Made by a program: the position numbers and the translations under genes. The notes below the pieces were generated by a model, which worked only from the letters and a program-made list of their open reading frames with translations, searched no databases and was not told where the DNA came from. A DNA stretch of 61,719 nucleotides from a virus (taxonomy: Duplodnaviria > Caudoviricetes). The stretch lies in IMG/VR virus record IMGVR_UViG_3300045999_005102, positions 1-61,719 of that record. One strand, given 5' to 3'. Position 1 is the stretch's first letter, and each line of letters begins with the position of its first letter. Positions 32,810 to 42,750 of the stretch are shown piece after piece.

Positions 32810-33827
32810 CTGCGTCTATATCCGGCACATCTCGGGCGGGGTGAGCCGGCTGTACTTCAAGTCCTACGAGAAGGGGCGCAGCAAGCTGCAGGGCGAGACC
32901 CTGGACTTCGCGGCGCTGGACGAGGAACCGCCGCAGGACATCTACACCGAGGTGCTGACCCGCACGAACGCCACCAAGGGCATCGTGTGGATCACGTTCA
33001 CGCCGCTGCTGGGCATGTCGGAGGTGGTGCGGCGCTTTCTGCAGGAGTTCAGCCCAGACCGCGCCGACATCAACATGACGATCGACGACGTCGGCCACTA
33101 CACCGAAGAGGACAAGCAGCGCATTATCTCGTCCTACCCCCCGCACGAGCGCGAGGCGCGAGCCAAGGGCATCCCCATCCTGGGCTCGGGGCGGGTGTTC
33201 CCGATCGCCGAGGCGCAGATTTCGGTTGACCCGTTCCTCATCCCGGAGCACTGGCCGCGCATCGCCGGCATCGACTTCGGCATCGACCACCCCTCGGCCG
33301 GCGCATGGCTGGCCTGGGACCGGGACGCCGACGTCACATACCTCTACGACACCTACCGGGTCAAGGACGAGACGCCCACCGAGATCGTGCCGCGCATCAA
33401 CCAGCGCGGGCCCTGGATCCCGGTGTCGTGGCCGGCCGACGGCCTGCAACGCTCCAAGGGCGACGGGATCCAGTTGGCCGACCAGTACCGCATGCACGGG
33501 GCCAACATGCTGCACGAGTTCGCCCAGTTGCCCGAGACCGGCGACGAAGAAGGCAAGAAGATGAGCCGCACCAGCGTCGAAGCGGGGGTGCTGCAGATGT
33601 ACGAGGCCATGAAAGCGGGCAAGTTCAGGGTCTTCAAGGGCCTGGAGGACTGGTTTTCGGAGTTCCGGCTGTACCACCGCAAGGACGGACAGATCGTCAA
33701 GCTGCAGGACGACCTCATGAGCGCCACGCGCTACGCCTGGGTGATGCGGCGCTACGCTCAAATTGCCCCCGACCCGTCCAAAATCACCCTCAACCCGCGA
33801 CGTGACTACGACTGGCGGGCCGGATGA
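32361..33827 (+). CDS. terL: Terminase large subunit, P22-like
   Basis: AGNQLGKT, LQG...DF..LDEEPP, TFTPLLGMS, GIDFG and DDLMSATRYA; start uncertain among 32355, 32361 and 32379. Confidence 0.95.
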   Translation: MPNSPTMTLPESLRNLPPKQALLRLLQEQKRRQDRNKLSRYAPYLKQIEFHNAGATKRERLFRAGNQLGKTWSSAYETAYHLTGMYPDWWKGKRWSRGVTGWALGESMESTRDTMQRLIMGRPGEWGTGSIPMDRIIEVKRAQGIADSIDCVYIRHISGGVSRLYFKSYEKGRSKLQGETLDFAALDEEPPQDIYTEVLTRTNATKGIVWITFTPLLGMSEVVRRFLQEFSPDRADINMTIDDVGHYTEEDKQRIISSYPPHEREARAKGIPILGSGRVFPIAEAQISVDPFLIPEHWPRIAGIDFGIDHPSAGAWLAWDRDADVTYLYDTYRVKDETPTEIVPRINQRGPWIPVSWPADGLQRSKGDGIQLADQYRMHGANMLHEFAQLPETGDEEGKKMSRTSVEAGVLQMYEAMKAGKFRVFKGLEDWFSEFRLYHRKDGQIVKLQDDLMSATRYAWVMRRYAQIAPDPSKITLNPRRDYDWRAG

Positions 33828-33848
33828 CCCCCATCCCTCAGAAACGTA

Positions 33849-33877
33849 GGGTCAAATTGCGCCCGAATGGCCAAAAT
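33849..33877 (+). promoter_or_regulatory. Late-promoter motif copy 1
   Basis: GGGTCAAATTG-N12-CAAAAT upstream of the portal gene. Confidence 0.55.
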
Positions 33878-33909
33878 CGACGCCACTACCCCCATCCTGG
33901 ACCCGATTC

Positions 33910-36030
33910 ATGCCTATCGGCGACATCCAACTGACGGGCGCGGCCATGGAGATGGGCTCGCAGCCCGTCGCCCAGGTCGATGAGCGCCCAAGCGGCGACG
34001 TCGTGATCGGCGAAAAGCCCACCGACGGCTCACAGACCCCCGAAGACCTCGAAAACACCGCCCTGCCGAGGGCTCAGGTCGAGCAATTCCTGATGGAGAT
34101 CCGTCACCAGCCCAACTGGCGGCGTGAAGCCGACCGGGCGGCCGACTACTACGACGGAAATCAACTCTCCCCCGAGGTGGTGGAGCGGCTGCAGGAGCGC
34201 GGACAGCCCCCGCTCATCACCAACCTCATCAAACCCAGCATCGACACGGTCCTGGGCATGGAGGCCAAGACCAGAACCGACTGGAAGGTACGGCCGGAGG
34301 ACAACGACGAGTGCCCGGACGAGTTGGCCGAGGCCATGTCGATCAAGTTGAAGCACTCCGAGGCCGAATCAAGGGCCGACCGGGCCGTTTCCGACGCCTA
34401 CGCGGCCCAAGTCAAGGCCGGGTTGGGGTGGGTGGAGGTCGCACGCGAGGCCGACCCATTCAAGTGCCCGTACCGGGTCAAGTACATCCACCGCCGCGAA
34501 ATCTTCTGGGACTGGCGGGCCGAGCAACCCGACCTGAGCGATGCGCGCTACCTGATCCGCCGCCGCTGGCTCGACCTGGAGCACGCCATCGCGCTGATGC
34601 CCCAGTACGCTTCGCTCTTCAGGATGACCACGGGGGGCTGGGCCGGCTTTGACCCGCTCCTGGAGCAGGATTCCCGCCTTGTGCAGTCCTGGGAGATCGA
34701 GCGCGACACGCGCATCGAGGCCGTTGACTGGCGCGACATCCAGCGCATGCGGGTCTGCCTGTACGAGATCTGGTATCGCAAGTGGGTCAGCGGCTACGTC
34801 ATGCGCCTCCCCAACGGCACGGTCATGGAGGCCGACTTCAACAACCCGCGGCACAACGAGGCCATCGTCGCGGGCATCGCCCAGGTCAGCCGCGCCACCT
34901 TCCAGAAGGTTCGACTGGCTTGGTACGTCGGCCCGCACTTCCTCTACGACGTGCCGAGCCCGTACAAGCACGGCCACTTCCCCTACGTGCCCTTCTTTGG
35001 CCATCGGGAAGACCTGACCAACGTGCCCTACGGCATCATCCGCACGATGATCTCGCCCCAGGACGAGATCAACGCCCGCAAGTCCAAGATGCTCTGGCTG
35101 CTCAACAGCCGGCGCGCTGTGGTAGACGCGGATGCGGTGCTCGATCACCAGAAAGCCGCCAGCGAGATCAGCCGGCCGGACTCCTACATCATCCTCAACG
35201 CCAACCGCAAGCCGAACTCCAAGTTCACGGTGGAGCCGGGCGGCGATCTGGCGCGTGACCAGTTCACGGTCATGCAAGAGGCCAAGCAGGAGATCGCCGA
35301 GGCCAGCGGCATCCACAAGTCGATGATGGGTCAGCAGACCAACGCCCGCTCGGGGCTGGCGATCAACTCGCTGGTCGAGCAGGGCATGAACACCATCGCC
35401 GAGATCAACGACAACTTCCGCTACGCCCGCCGACTGGTGGGCGAGATGCTGTTCGAGTTGGTGCGCCAGCAGATCGGCCAGGGCCCCACGCGGGTCACCA
35501 TCGGCGAGGGCGCACGCAAGCGCACCATCGTGCTCAACGGCCTGGGCATCGACCCCGAGACCGGCGAGGAGGTGAAGATCAACGACATCTCCCGCATCAA
35601 GACCAAGATCGTGCTGGACGACGTGCAGAACACGCCGACCTACAAGATGCAGATGCTCACGATGCTCACCGAGGTCGCCAAGAGCCTGCCCCCCGAGCAG
35701 CAGGGTCTGGTCATGGACTTCGTTGTGGAGGCCACCGATCTGCCCAAGCGGTTCGAGATCGCCGACCGCCTGCGCGGGGCGCTGGGCATTCTGCCGCCCG
35801 AGCAGCAAGCCGCGGCCATGGAGCAGCAGGCCGCACAGCAGGCCCAGGCTGCAGCCATGCAGAATAAGATGTTTGTCTTGGATGCGGCCGAGAAAGCGGC
35901 CAAGATTCGCAAGCTCTCAGCCGAGGCCGAGAAGGTTCAGCGCGAGTCAGAGATGGTGGGCATGCAGCCGGCAGGCGCGGGCGACGACGTCGTCGAGCCC
36001 GTCACGGTCAACGCCCCAAACATCCAGTAG
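33910..36030 (+). CDS. Portal protein (P22-like)
   Basis: DYYDGNQ, RGQPPL..NLIKP.I..VLG, FPYVPF, YGIIR.M.SPQDEIN and SG.AI; follows terL. Confidence 0.92.
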   Translation: MPIGDIQLTGAAMEMGSQPVAQVDERPSGDVVIGEKPTDGSQTPEDLENTALPRAQVEQFLMEIRHQPNWRREADRAADYYDGNQLSPEVVERLQERGQPPLITNLIKPSIDTVLGMEAKTRTDWKVRPEDNDECPDELAEAMSIKLKHSEAESRADRAVSDAYAAQVKAGLGWVEVAREADPFKCPYRVKYIHRREIFWDWRAEQPDLSDARYLIRRRWLDLEHAIALMPQYASLFRMTTGGWAGFDPLLEQDSRLVQSWEIERDTRIEAVDWRDIQRMRVCLYEIWYRKWVSGYVMRLPNGTVMEADFNNPRHNEAIVAGIAQVSRATFQKVRLAWYVGPHFLYDVPSPYKHGHFPYVPFFGHREDLTNVPYGIIRTMISPQDEINARKSKMLWLLNSRRAVVDADAVLDHQKAASEISRPDSYIILNANRKPNSKFTVEPGGDLARDQFTVMQEAKQEIAEASGIHKSMMGQQTNARSGLAINSLVEQGMNTIAEINDNFRYARRLVGEMLFELVRQQIGQGPTRVTIGEGARKRTIVLNGLGIDPETGEEVKINDISRIKTKIVLDDVQNTPTYKMQMLTMLTEVAKSLPPEQQGLVMDFVVEATDLPKRFEIADRLRGALGILPPEQQAAAMEQQAAQQAQAAAMQNKMFVLDAAEKAAKIRKLSAEAEKVQRESEMVGMQPAGAGDDVVEPVTVNAPNIQ

Positions 36031-36059
36031 CAGTTGTCTCCATCCTTGCAAGTGCAAGT

Positions 36060-36088
36060 TCGGCCCGCCGCGTGCGGGCCGTTTTTTC
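36060..36088 (+). terminator. Rho-independent terminator
   Basis: CGGCCCGC-CGCGT-GCGGGCCG followed by TTTTTT. Confidence 0.8.
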
Positions 36089-36103
36089 GCGTGGGGCCTC
36101 ATG

Positions 36104-36132
36104 GGGTCGAATTGCTCGACCGGTCAGATACT
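36104..36132 (+). promoter_or_regulatory. Late-promoter motif copy 2
   Basis: GGGTCGAATTG-N12-GATACT just after the terminator and before the scaffold gene. Confidence 0.55.
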
Positions 36133-36225
36133 TGGGGCGCCTGTCAAGCCGTATTCCCCCGCCATGGGTCATTGGCCGGTTGAAGCAGGATTTCCGCAAC
36201 CAACGCGATACGTGGAGTGAAGTGA

Positions 36226-37236
36226 ATGGCAGATCTTGACTTGGATGTGAATACCACTGACCCCGAGGCTCTGGCCAAGGTGTTCGAGCAGATCGAAAGC
36301 GGGCAAGACCTGCAGACGATCGACACGAAAACCGAGGCGGCAACAAGTCAGACACCCCAAGCCGAGTCGGCAGGAACATCGAAGGAGCAGCAGGCCGCGC
36401 AGGGCCAGACAGACCAAGACGACGACGGCGCAGCCGGCGTTGCCACCAAGGACGGGAAGCATGTCATTCCGTACTCGGTGCTCAAGAGCGAGCGCGAGCG
36501 CGCCACCCGGGCCGAGCAGTTGGCCCAGGAAATGCGGGAGCGAGTCGAAGCCCTTGAGGCAATGGTCAAGTCTGGTAATCAAGGGGCGAACAACGGTGAG
36601 AGCGCCCGCACCGACCAGCAACAGCCAGCAGCAGCGGAACAACTTTCTCAGGAGGATCTGGAGTCTCTGAAAGAGGATTTCCCGACGGTCTACAAGGCGG
36701 TGATGGCGTCCATGGCGAAAGCCCAGGCGCTGGAAGCCAAACTGCAGCCAGTCGAAGAAAGTGTGCGCAACGCCCAGGAAGATCAAGCGCGGACGGCAGC
36801 CGACACGGTGCAAGACGCGATCGACTCAATCCCCAAGCTATCGCACATTCAGGCCAACGACCCAGAAGCGTTCGAGCTTGCCAAGCAGTTCGACGCCACC
36901 CTGCGGACACAGAAGTCCTGGGCCAGCAAGTCCCTCGCAGAGCGATTCCAGAAAGTCTCTGAGATGGTGGAAGCCGCCATCGGTCCGATCGAAATTCCAG
37001 GAGCCAAGCCAACAGCCTCACAACCGAGTGCCGAAGAACTTAGGAAAGCGGCGATCGCCAAGGCCAGCAGCGCCACCAAGCGCGATGTGCCGACGTCGTT
37101 GTCCGAGTTCCCGGCAGGTCAGGCGCCAGCAACGGATGAACGTGCGGCAGCGGAGCAACTGAGTCCGCTCCAGCTTGCCGAAAAGTTCTCCAAGATGTCG
37201 TCTGAAGACATGGATGCGTATTTCCGCGCTTTGTAA
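36226..37236 (+). CDS. Capsid scaffolding protein
   Basis: Acidic and helical, KDGKHVIPYSVL..ER; lies between portal and capsid. Confidence 0.8.
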   Translation: MADLDLDVNTTDPEALAKVFEQIESGQDLQTIDTKTEAATSQTPQAESAGTSKEQQAAQGQTDQDDDGAAGVATKDGKHVIPYSVLKSERERATRAEQLAQEMRERVEALEAMVKSGNQGANNGESARTDQQQPAAAEQLSQEDLESLKEDFPTVYKAVMASMAKAQALEAKLQPVEESVRNAQEDQARTAADTVQDAIDSIPKLSHIQANDPEAFELAKQFDATLRTQKSWASKSLAERFQKVSEMVEAAIGPIEIPGAKPTASQPSAEELRKAAIAKASSATKRDVPTSLSEFPAGQAPATDERAAAEQLSPLQLAEKFSKMSSEDMDAYFRAL

Positions 37237-37259
37237 CCAACCTCTGAGGAGCCAACACC

Positions 37260-38528
37260 ATGGCAACCAATATCCCCGTCGGGTCTGCGCTTGCGCGCAA
37301 GATCTACTCGGTGGGCCTGTTCACTCGCGTGCAGCATGCTCCCGGCTTCATGAACCTGCTCTCCGGCGAAATGCCCAAGGAAGGCTCGTTCGCCGCCAAG
37401 ACCAAGGGCCAGACCTCTCCGGACTACCCGATCGTCAAGGCCGGTGATCTGGCCAAGGGCGCTGGCGACACCGTCTCCATCGACTTGTTCAACATTCTGC
37501 AGGGCAAGCCTGTGATGGGTGACCGTCGCATCGCCGGCAAGATGATGCAGTTGACCTACTCGTCTATGGACGTGAAGATCGACCAAGTCCGCGGCGGCGC
37601 CGACTCGGGCGGTCGCATGACCCAGAAGCGCACGGTCCACAACCTGCGCAACATCTCCATGGCCGGTCTGCAGGCCTGGATGCAGCGTCTCGAAGACCAG
37701 ACCGCCCTCGTGCATCTGGCCGGTGCCCGCGGCACCCAGAACACCAGCGACTGGGTGGTGCCTTTGGTCGCCGACCCCGACTTTGGTGACATCATGGTCA
37801 ACGCCATCAAGGCCCCGACCAAGAACCGCCACTACTTCGCCAACGACGCGACCAGCCCGGCAACGATCGGCACCAACGACGCCCTGACCCTGCAGGACGT
37901 GGACCGCATCGTCGCCCAGTTGCGCGAGTCTCCGGTGGTGATGCAGTCGGTTCGCATCAAGGGCGATGACCGCGCCTGGAACGATCCGCTGTGGGTCATG
38001 TTCGTCACCGAGCGCCAGTGGCTGTACCTGCAGTCCCGGACCTCGCAGACGACGTGGCGCCAGGCCGTCCAGTACGCCTTCGAGCGCAAGGCCTCTGGCG
38101 TCAAGCACCCGCTGTTCGACGCCTACGAGACCATCATGTGGAACGGCGTGCTCATCAAGCGCATGAACCGCTACGCGGTTCGTTTCGACACCGGCACGGC
38201 AGTGACGATCGACAGCGGCGGCGGCGACGGCGTGACCTACACCGAGACGACCTCCACGACCGCCGAACCGGTGGATCGGGCGATCATCGTCGGTGCCCAG
38301 GCGCTGGCCAAGGCCTACGGCAAGTCGGCTTCCGACTACTTCTACGACTGGAGCGAAGAAGAGGTCGATCACGGCAACTCGATGGAAACGGTGTGCGCGG
38401 CCATGTGCGGCACGAGCAAGATCCGTTTCAAGATCGACGGCGCCGACACCGACTTCGGTGTGGCCGTCCTCGACAGCTACGCACCGGATCCCGCCTCGGC
38501 GGCCGGTCGCACGCTGCTCGGCTCGTGA
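37260..38528 (+). CDS. Major capsid protein, N4-gp56/DUF4043 family
   Basis: DL.KGAGD.VS.DL, PVMGD, IDQ.R, GGRMTQKRTVHNLR and HLAGARG; strong RBS. Confidence 0.92.
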   Translation: MATNIPVGSALARKIYSVGLFTRVQHAPGFMNLLSGEMPKEGSFAAKTKGQTSPDYPIVKAGDLAKGAGDTVSIDLFNILQGKPVMGDRRIAGKMMQLTYSSMDVKIDQVRGGADSGGRMTQKRTVHNLRNISMAGLQAWMQRLEDQTALVHLAGARGTQNTSDWVVPLVADPDFGDIMVNAIKAPTKNRHYFANDATSPATIGTNDALTLQDVDRIVAQLRESPVVMQSVRIKGDDRAWNDPLWVMFVTERQWLYLQSRTSQTTWRQAVQYAFERKASGVKHPLFDAYETIMWNGVLIKRMNRYAVRFDTGTAVTIDSGGGDGVTYTETTSTTAEPVDRAIIVGAQALAKAYGKSASDYFYDWSEEEVDHGNSMETVCAAMCGTSKIRFKIDGADTDFGVAVLDSYAPDPASAAGRTLLGS

Positions 38529-38532
38529 TGAC

Positions 38533-38557
38533 GAGGGGGGCTTCGGCCCCCCTCTCC
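38533..38557 (+). terminator. Hairpin after the capsid gene
   Basis: GAGGGGGGC-TTCG-GCCCCCCTC; no U tract, so it may be a stabiliser or attenuator. Confidence 0.5.
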
Positions 38558-38585
38558 CACAACACCCCCTTCTGAAGGAACTGAC

Positions 38586-38993
38586 ATGGCAACCCTCAAT
38601 GCCTCGACCCTGAACGACACGCAGTACAGCGGCGACTGCCCCCTGGCCAACGCGCACGGCGTTTTCACCTTCGCTGCCACTCCCATCGCGGACGTGGTGC
38701 GACTGGTGAAGCTGTACGCCGGCACGAAGATCCACGACATCAAGTTGGTCAACGCCGCTCTGGGCGCGTCCACCACGGTCTCGTTGGGCTTCACCTACGT
38801 CAACGGCGAAGCTGGTGGCGGCGCGGCTGCGCTGCTGGCTGCAACCTCGACGTCTTCGGCTGCGGCTACCCACATGGGCGCAACTTCTCCGGTCGTCCTG
38901 GAATACGACGCCTTCATCACCGCCACGGTGGGCGGCGGCGCGGCCACGGGCAAGATCGACGTCATCACCACCTACGAGTTCCGGGGCGAGTGA
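38586..38993 (+). CDS. Putative capsid decoration protein
   Basis: Small beta-rich ORF right after the capsid gene, with an AAGGA RBS. Confidence 0.65.
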   Translation: MATLNASTLNDTQYSGDCPLANAHGVFTFAATPIADVVRLVKLYAGTKIHDIKLVNAALGASTTVSLGFTYVNGEAGGGAAALLAATSTSSAAATHMGATSPVVLEYDAFITATVGGGAATGKIDVITTYEFRGE

Positions 38994-39021
38994 TTGCCCC
39001 CGATCTTGCGGCCTGAGTGAC

Positions 39022-39052
39022 GCGGGGCGGCCGGTGGCTGCCCCGTTTTTCT
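39022..39052 (+). terminator. Rho-independent terminator
   Basis: CGGGGCGGCC-GGT-GGCTGCCCCG followed by TTTTT. Confidence 0.7.
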
Positions 39053-39065
39053 TGGAAGGAACCCT

Positions 39066-39464
39066 ATGAGCACCATCCCCATCGTCTACCTTGGCAACAA
39101 GGACATCGCTTTCGACAACGTCGCCCACTCCGGCAGATCATGGCATGGCAACGGCGACGTGCAGTACGTCACCCCGGCCCAAGCCAAGCTGTTGCTCAAG
39201 CACCCCAAGGTGTGGGGCTTGAAAGATCAAGCCGACGCGGCCATCGTCGCGCACCCGGTCAAGATCGAGGTGAAAGACGAGGACGGGGAACAGGTCAAGG
39301 TTGACACCGACGACTTGCGCAAGCCGCTGGAGAAGATGAGCAAGCCCGAACTCATCGCCTTCGCCTACACGCGCTGGGGCAAGCACCTGGACGCTCGACG
39401 CTCCACCAAGCTGCTAATCGACCAGATCGAGGAAATGCAGCGCGGCGAGCCCGAACTGGTCTGA
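39066..39464 (+). CDS. Hypothetical virion-associated protein
   Basis: ORF with RBS; C-terminal LEKMSKPELIAFA helix pair. Confidence 0.7.
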   Translation: MSTIPIVYLGNKDIAFDNVAHSGRSWHGNGDVQYVTPAQAKLLLKHPKVWGLKDQADAAIVAHPVKIEVKDEDGEQVKVDTDDLRKPLEKMSKPELIAFAYTRWGKHLDARRSTKLLIDQIEEMQRGEPELV

Positions 39465-39465
39465 C

Positions 39466-39494
39466 GGGTCGAATAGCGGCACCGGCTACAAAAT
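39466..39494 (+). promoter_or_regulatory. Late-promoter motif copy 3
   Basis: GGGTCGAATAG...ACCGG.TACAAAT in an intergenic gap. Confidence 0.5.
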
Positions 39495-39522
39495 CCCCGA
39501 ACCACCACCCAGGTGACGTTCC

Positions 39523-40161
39523 GTGTCCACCATCAAGTATTCCGATCTGCTGCCGGACGTCTTGCCTTTCCTCAAGGCCGATCCGTCTGACCCTGTGACC
39601 GAGCGCGCCGTCAAGCGCGCCGTCATCGAGTTCTGCGCGGGTTCCTGGATCTGGCAAAACCTGATGGACCCCATCGACTTAGTCGCGGGCGAGTCGTTCT
39701 ACGACCTGGAGACGCCGACCGGGGGGGACATCTCGACCGTCATGCACGTAGAGTGCAACGGCTTGCCACTGGTCAACAAGTCAGTGGAATGGCTGAACAA
39801 GGAACAGCCGTTCTGGCGCCTGGACCAGGAGACGCCCAAGTGGTTCACCCAGGTCACGCCGGACCAAGTAATCCTGGCCAAGGTGCCTGACGTCACGGTG
39901 GCCGGTGGCCTGTACGTGACCATCGCGGCCGAGCCTGCGCGCACCTCGACCAGCTTCCCCAAGTGGATCTGCAATCAGTACATCTACGCGCTAGTTGACG
40001 GCGCCCTGTCCACGCTGATGCTGATGCCGGACAAGCCCTGGACTGACTTGAAAAACGGCGCGGCGCGACTGGATAGCTTCAACGCGGCCATCAACAACGC
40101 TCGCGCCTCCGGCATCGCGGCTCTCTCGCGTGCCCCGCTGCGTACCACCTCGCAGCATTGA
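39523..40161 (+). CDS. Head-tail adaptor-like protein
   Basis: LLPDVLP...P......AV..A.IEFC..S.IW and GALSTLMLMP.KPW. Confidence 0.65.
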   Translation: MSTIKYSDLLPDVLPFLKADPSDPVTERAVKRAVIEFCAGSWIWQNLMDPIDLVAGESFYDLETPTGGDISTVMHVECNGLPLVNKSVEWLNKEQPFWRLDQETPKWFTQVTPDQVILAKVPDVTVAGGLYVTIAAEPARTSTSFPKWICNQYIYALVDGALSTLMLMPDKPWTDLKNGAARLDSFNAAINNARASGIAALSRAPLRTTSQH

Positions 40162-40174
40162 CTAGGAACACACC

Positions 40175-40855
40175 ATGGCAACCGTCACCGTCGCCTCCGT
40201 CATCGACAAGACTCAGGTCATCCTGCAGGACACCACCGGCATTCGCTGGCCGGATGATGAACTGCTGGGCTGGCTCAACGACGGCCAGCGCGAGATCGTC
40301 CTCTACAAGCCCAACACCTTCGTGCGCAACACCTCGGTGCGGATGTCGTCGGGCACCAAGCAGGGCCTGCCGGCCGACGGCGTGCAGTTGATCGACGTGG
40401 TGCGCAACATGGGCATCAACGGCTCCACGGCCGGGCGCGCCATCCGCATCACCATGCGCGAGATCCTGGACTCCCAGATCCCGAATTGGCACACCGAGAC
40501 GCCGGACAACGAGGTCAAGCACTATATGTACTCGATGCTCGACCCCAAGAACTTCTACGTCTACCCACCCAACACCGGCAACGGTTACGTCGAACTGGTC
40601 TACGGCGCGGCACCCACCGACGCCACGCTCAACAGCACGATCACGCTGGACGACATCTACCAGACCATCCTGGTGGACTACATCCTGTACCGAGCCTACA
40701 GCAAGGACACCGAATTTGCGGCCGACGTCAACCGGGCGTCTTCGCATCAGCAAGCCTACCTAACCGCGCTGACCGGGAAGGCCAAGGTGGAGATCGGGGC
40801 CAACCCGAATTCAATGGCTCCGGCCAATCCCAACATCCAACCCAACAGCAAGTAA
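40175..40855 (+). CDS. Adaptor/tail tubular-like protein (DUF6682-like)
   Basis: LQD...RW.DDELL.WLNDGQREI, FYVYPP and LVDYILYRAYSKD.E. Confidence 0.75.
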   Translation: MATVTVASVIDKTQVILQDTTGIRWPDDELLGWLNDGQREIVLYKPNTFVRNTSVRMSSGTKQGLPADGVQLIDVVRNMGINGSTAGRAIRITMREILDSQIPNWHTETPDNEVKHYMYSMLDPKNFYVYPPNTGNGYVELVYGAAPTDATLNSTITLDDIYQTILVDYILYRAYSKDTEFAADVNRASSHQQAYLTALTGKAKVEIGANPNSMAPANPNIQPNSK

Positions 40856-40872
40856 CCTGAAAGGGGAACGTC

Positions 40873-41301
40873 ATGCCCGGCTTTTCGCAACAAGTCGCTC
40901 AAGAGATCTTCAACGCCACCCTAGCGTCATCCCGCAGCAACCTCGCGGCCAAGGCCGGGGTGTGGATGAGCCTGCACACGGCAGCGCCCTCCGACGCCAG
41001 CGGCGGCAACGAGGCCACCTACACCGGCTACGCCCGGGTCAACATCGCCTCGGTGATGACCTCCTCCGTGGTCGGTACAGCGCCTGAGCAGTCAGTGCGC
41101 GCCACCAACAACACAGACATCAACTTCCCGGCCTCCACGGGTGCCAACCAGACGGTCACCCACTGGGCCATCTGGTCAGACCAGACGCTGGGCACCTCGT
41201 CTTACCTGATGTACTCCGGAGCGCTGTCATCCAGTCGCACCGTGCAATCGGGCGACGTGGTGGTGATCCCGTCCGGCCAACTCCAGATCGACCTGACCTG
41301 A
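40873..41301 (+). CDS. Small structural protein, paralog A
   Basis: SLHTAAP.D...GNEATY.GYAR, FPAST and THWAIW. Confidence 0.75.
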   Translation: MPGFSQQVAQEIFNATLASSRSNLAAKAGVWMSLHTAAPSDASGGNEATYTGYARVNIASVMTSSVVGTAPEQSVRATNNTDINFPASTGANQTVTHWAIWSDQTLGTSSYLMYSGALSSSRTVQSGDVVVIPSGQLQIDLT

Positions 41302-41311
41302 TAGGTGCCGC

Positions 41312-41743
41312 ATGGCCGGCCTGTCCAAGTACCTCGCGCTGGCGCTGTTCAACGCAACGCTCAACCCGTTGCGCGTTAGCCTGACGCCGCCGCCTGGGTT
41401 GTGGCTGGCCTTGCACACCGCCGCGCCAGGAGACGCTACTTACGGTCAGGAGGCCACCTACGCATCCTACGCCCGGCAACCGCTGAACAGCTTGATTTCT
41501 GACAGCGGTGTTGAAAACGGTCAAGGTGAAGTCCTCGTCACCATCACCAACGGATCGGCAGTGGTGTTCCCGGCCTCAACCGACACCTCTGGGCAAACGA
41601 TCACCCATTGGGCGATCTGGGACAGTGCCGCTGCCGGCGACGGCAACATCCTCTACTCCGGGAACCTGACGTCATCTCGCTTGATCGTGGTGGGCGATAG
41701 CGTGGTCGTGCCGGAAGGCAACATCGTCATCGAGGTGGTATGA
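41312..41743 (+). CDS. Small structural protein, paralog B
   Basis: Same motifs as 40873-41301. Confidence 0.75.
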   Translation: MAGLSKYLALALFNATLNPLRVSLTPPPGLWLALHTAAPGDATYGQEATYASYARQPLNSLISDSGVENGQGEVLVTITNGSAVVFPASTDTSGQTITHWAIWDSAAAGDGNILYSGNLTSSRLIVVGDSVVVPEGNIVIEVV

Positions 41744-42750
41744 GCCAGCAGGGCCCGATCAACTCGGGGGCGATCAATGCCCTATCGTTTCCGGGGGCAG
41801 AGTCAGGGTTGTCGCTGGTGCAACTGGTCGGGTCGGTCTCTGTTACCTGCCGGATCATCGGCACCTACCGCCGACTGAACGCAGGTGCATCGGTCGCCGC
41901 GACGGCGACCACGTCCAGCAATATCAGGCTGCGTCGCTTCATTGACGCAACGACCTCCGCTGCAGCGGTGACGCTGGTAACGCCGCGTTCCAAGTCAATA
42001 AGCGCAGCCTCTACCCAAGGCACGGCTGCCGCCTCTGCTTCGATTTCTAGGCGCCTTTTGCTGTCGGCGCTGACCTCGGCAACGGCCTCCGCTGCAGTTA
42101 TCGCAGCTAGGTCACGCATCTCCTTTGGCGCAAGCGCCGCGCCTACAGCCGTCGCGTCAGTCGCCTCGCGCAAAATGGTCTTTGTCGTTGCCAGCGCAAT
42201 GGCAACAGCCGTCAATGCAGCAACCGCTTTGCGCAAGCTGCGATTCGGTGTTCAGACGGTCGGCAGCGCAAACGTCACCGCCAGCATTATTTTTCTCCGT
42301 AGGACTGGCGGATCCACTGTTTCGTCGGCTGCGACCTCAGTAAACAACACGACATTGCGGCTGCCGGCCTCCGCTGGCACCGTGGCCACAATCACCCACA
42401 GCGTCACCCCGTATCGAGGACTGCAGCAGCAAGCCCCCGGCGCGGCATTCGCAGCGACTTCTGCTATTGCCACCCGTGCGAGGACGCCAAGAGGAGCCAG
42501 CGGTCAGGCCAGCGTCCAGTCGTCGGCCAACGCGATTCTGACTACCAAGCGGTTTGTCGCTGGCGGCATCACGGCCGCGGCCATTGGATCGGTGCAAGCA
42601 GCGGGCCGAATTGTTACTGGCGCCTATACCGTAGCGTCCTTCGCTTCGTTCATCGTGGCCACAGACCTCAACATCACTCAGCCTGCGCCCACGGATCGCC
42701 GAATGGTAGTTCCGCTTGAAGAGCGTCGGATGGAGGTTGGAGAATCATGA
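41740..42750 (+). CDS. Ala/Ser/Thr-rich basic repetitive structural protein
   Basis: Degenerate periodic composition; coupled to both neighbours. Confidence 0.65.
   Translation: MSQQGPINSGAINALSFPGAESGLSLVQLVGSVSVTCRIIGTYRRLNAGASVAATATTSSNIRLRRFIDATTSAAAVTLVTPRSKSISAASTQGTAAASASISRRLLLSALTSATASAAVIAARSRISFGASAAPTAVASVASRKMVFVVASAMATAVNAATALRKLRFGVQTVGSANVTASIIFLRRTGGSTVSSAATSVNNTTLRLPASAGTVATITHSVTPYRGLQQQAPGAAFAATSAIATRARTPRGASGQASVQSSANAILTTKRFVAGGITAAAIGSVQAAGRIVTGAYTVASFASFIVATDLNITQPAPTDRRMVVPLEERRMEVGES

Noticed and set aside
36106-36120. GTCGA-N5-TCGAC as another repressor operator
   Set aside because: Its spacing is 2 bp shorter than the operator consensus; better explained as part of the late-promoter motif.
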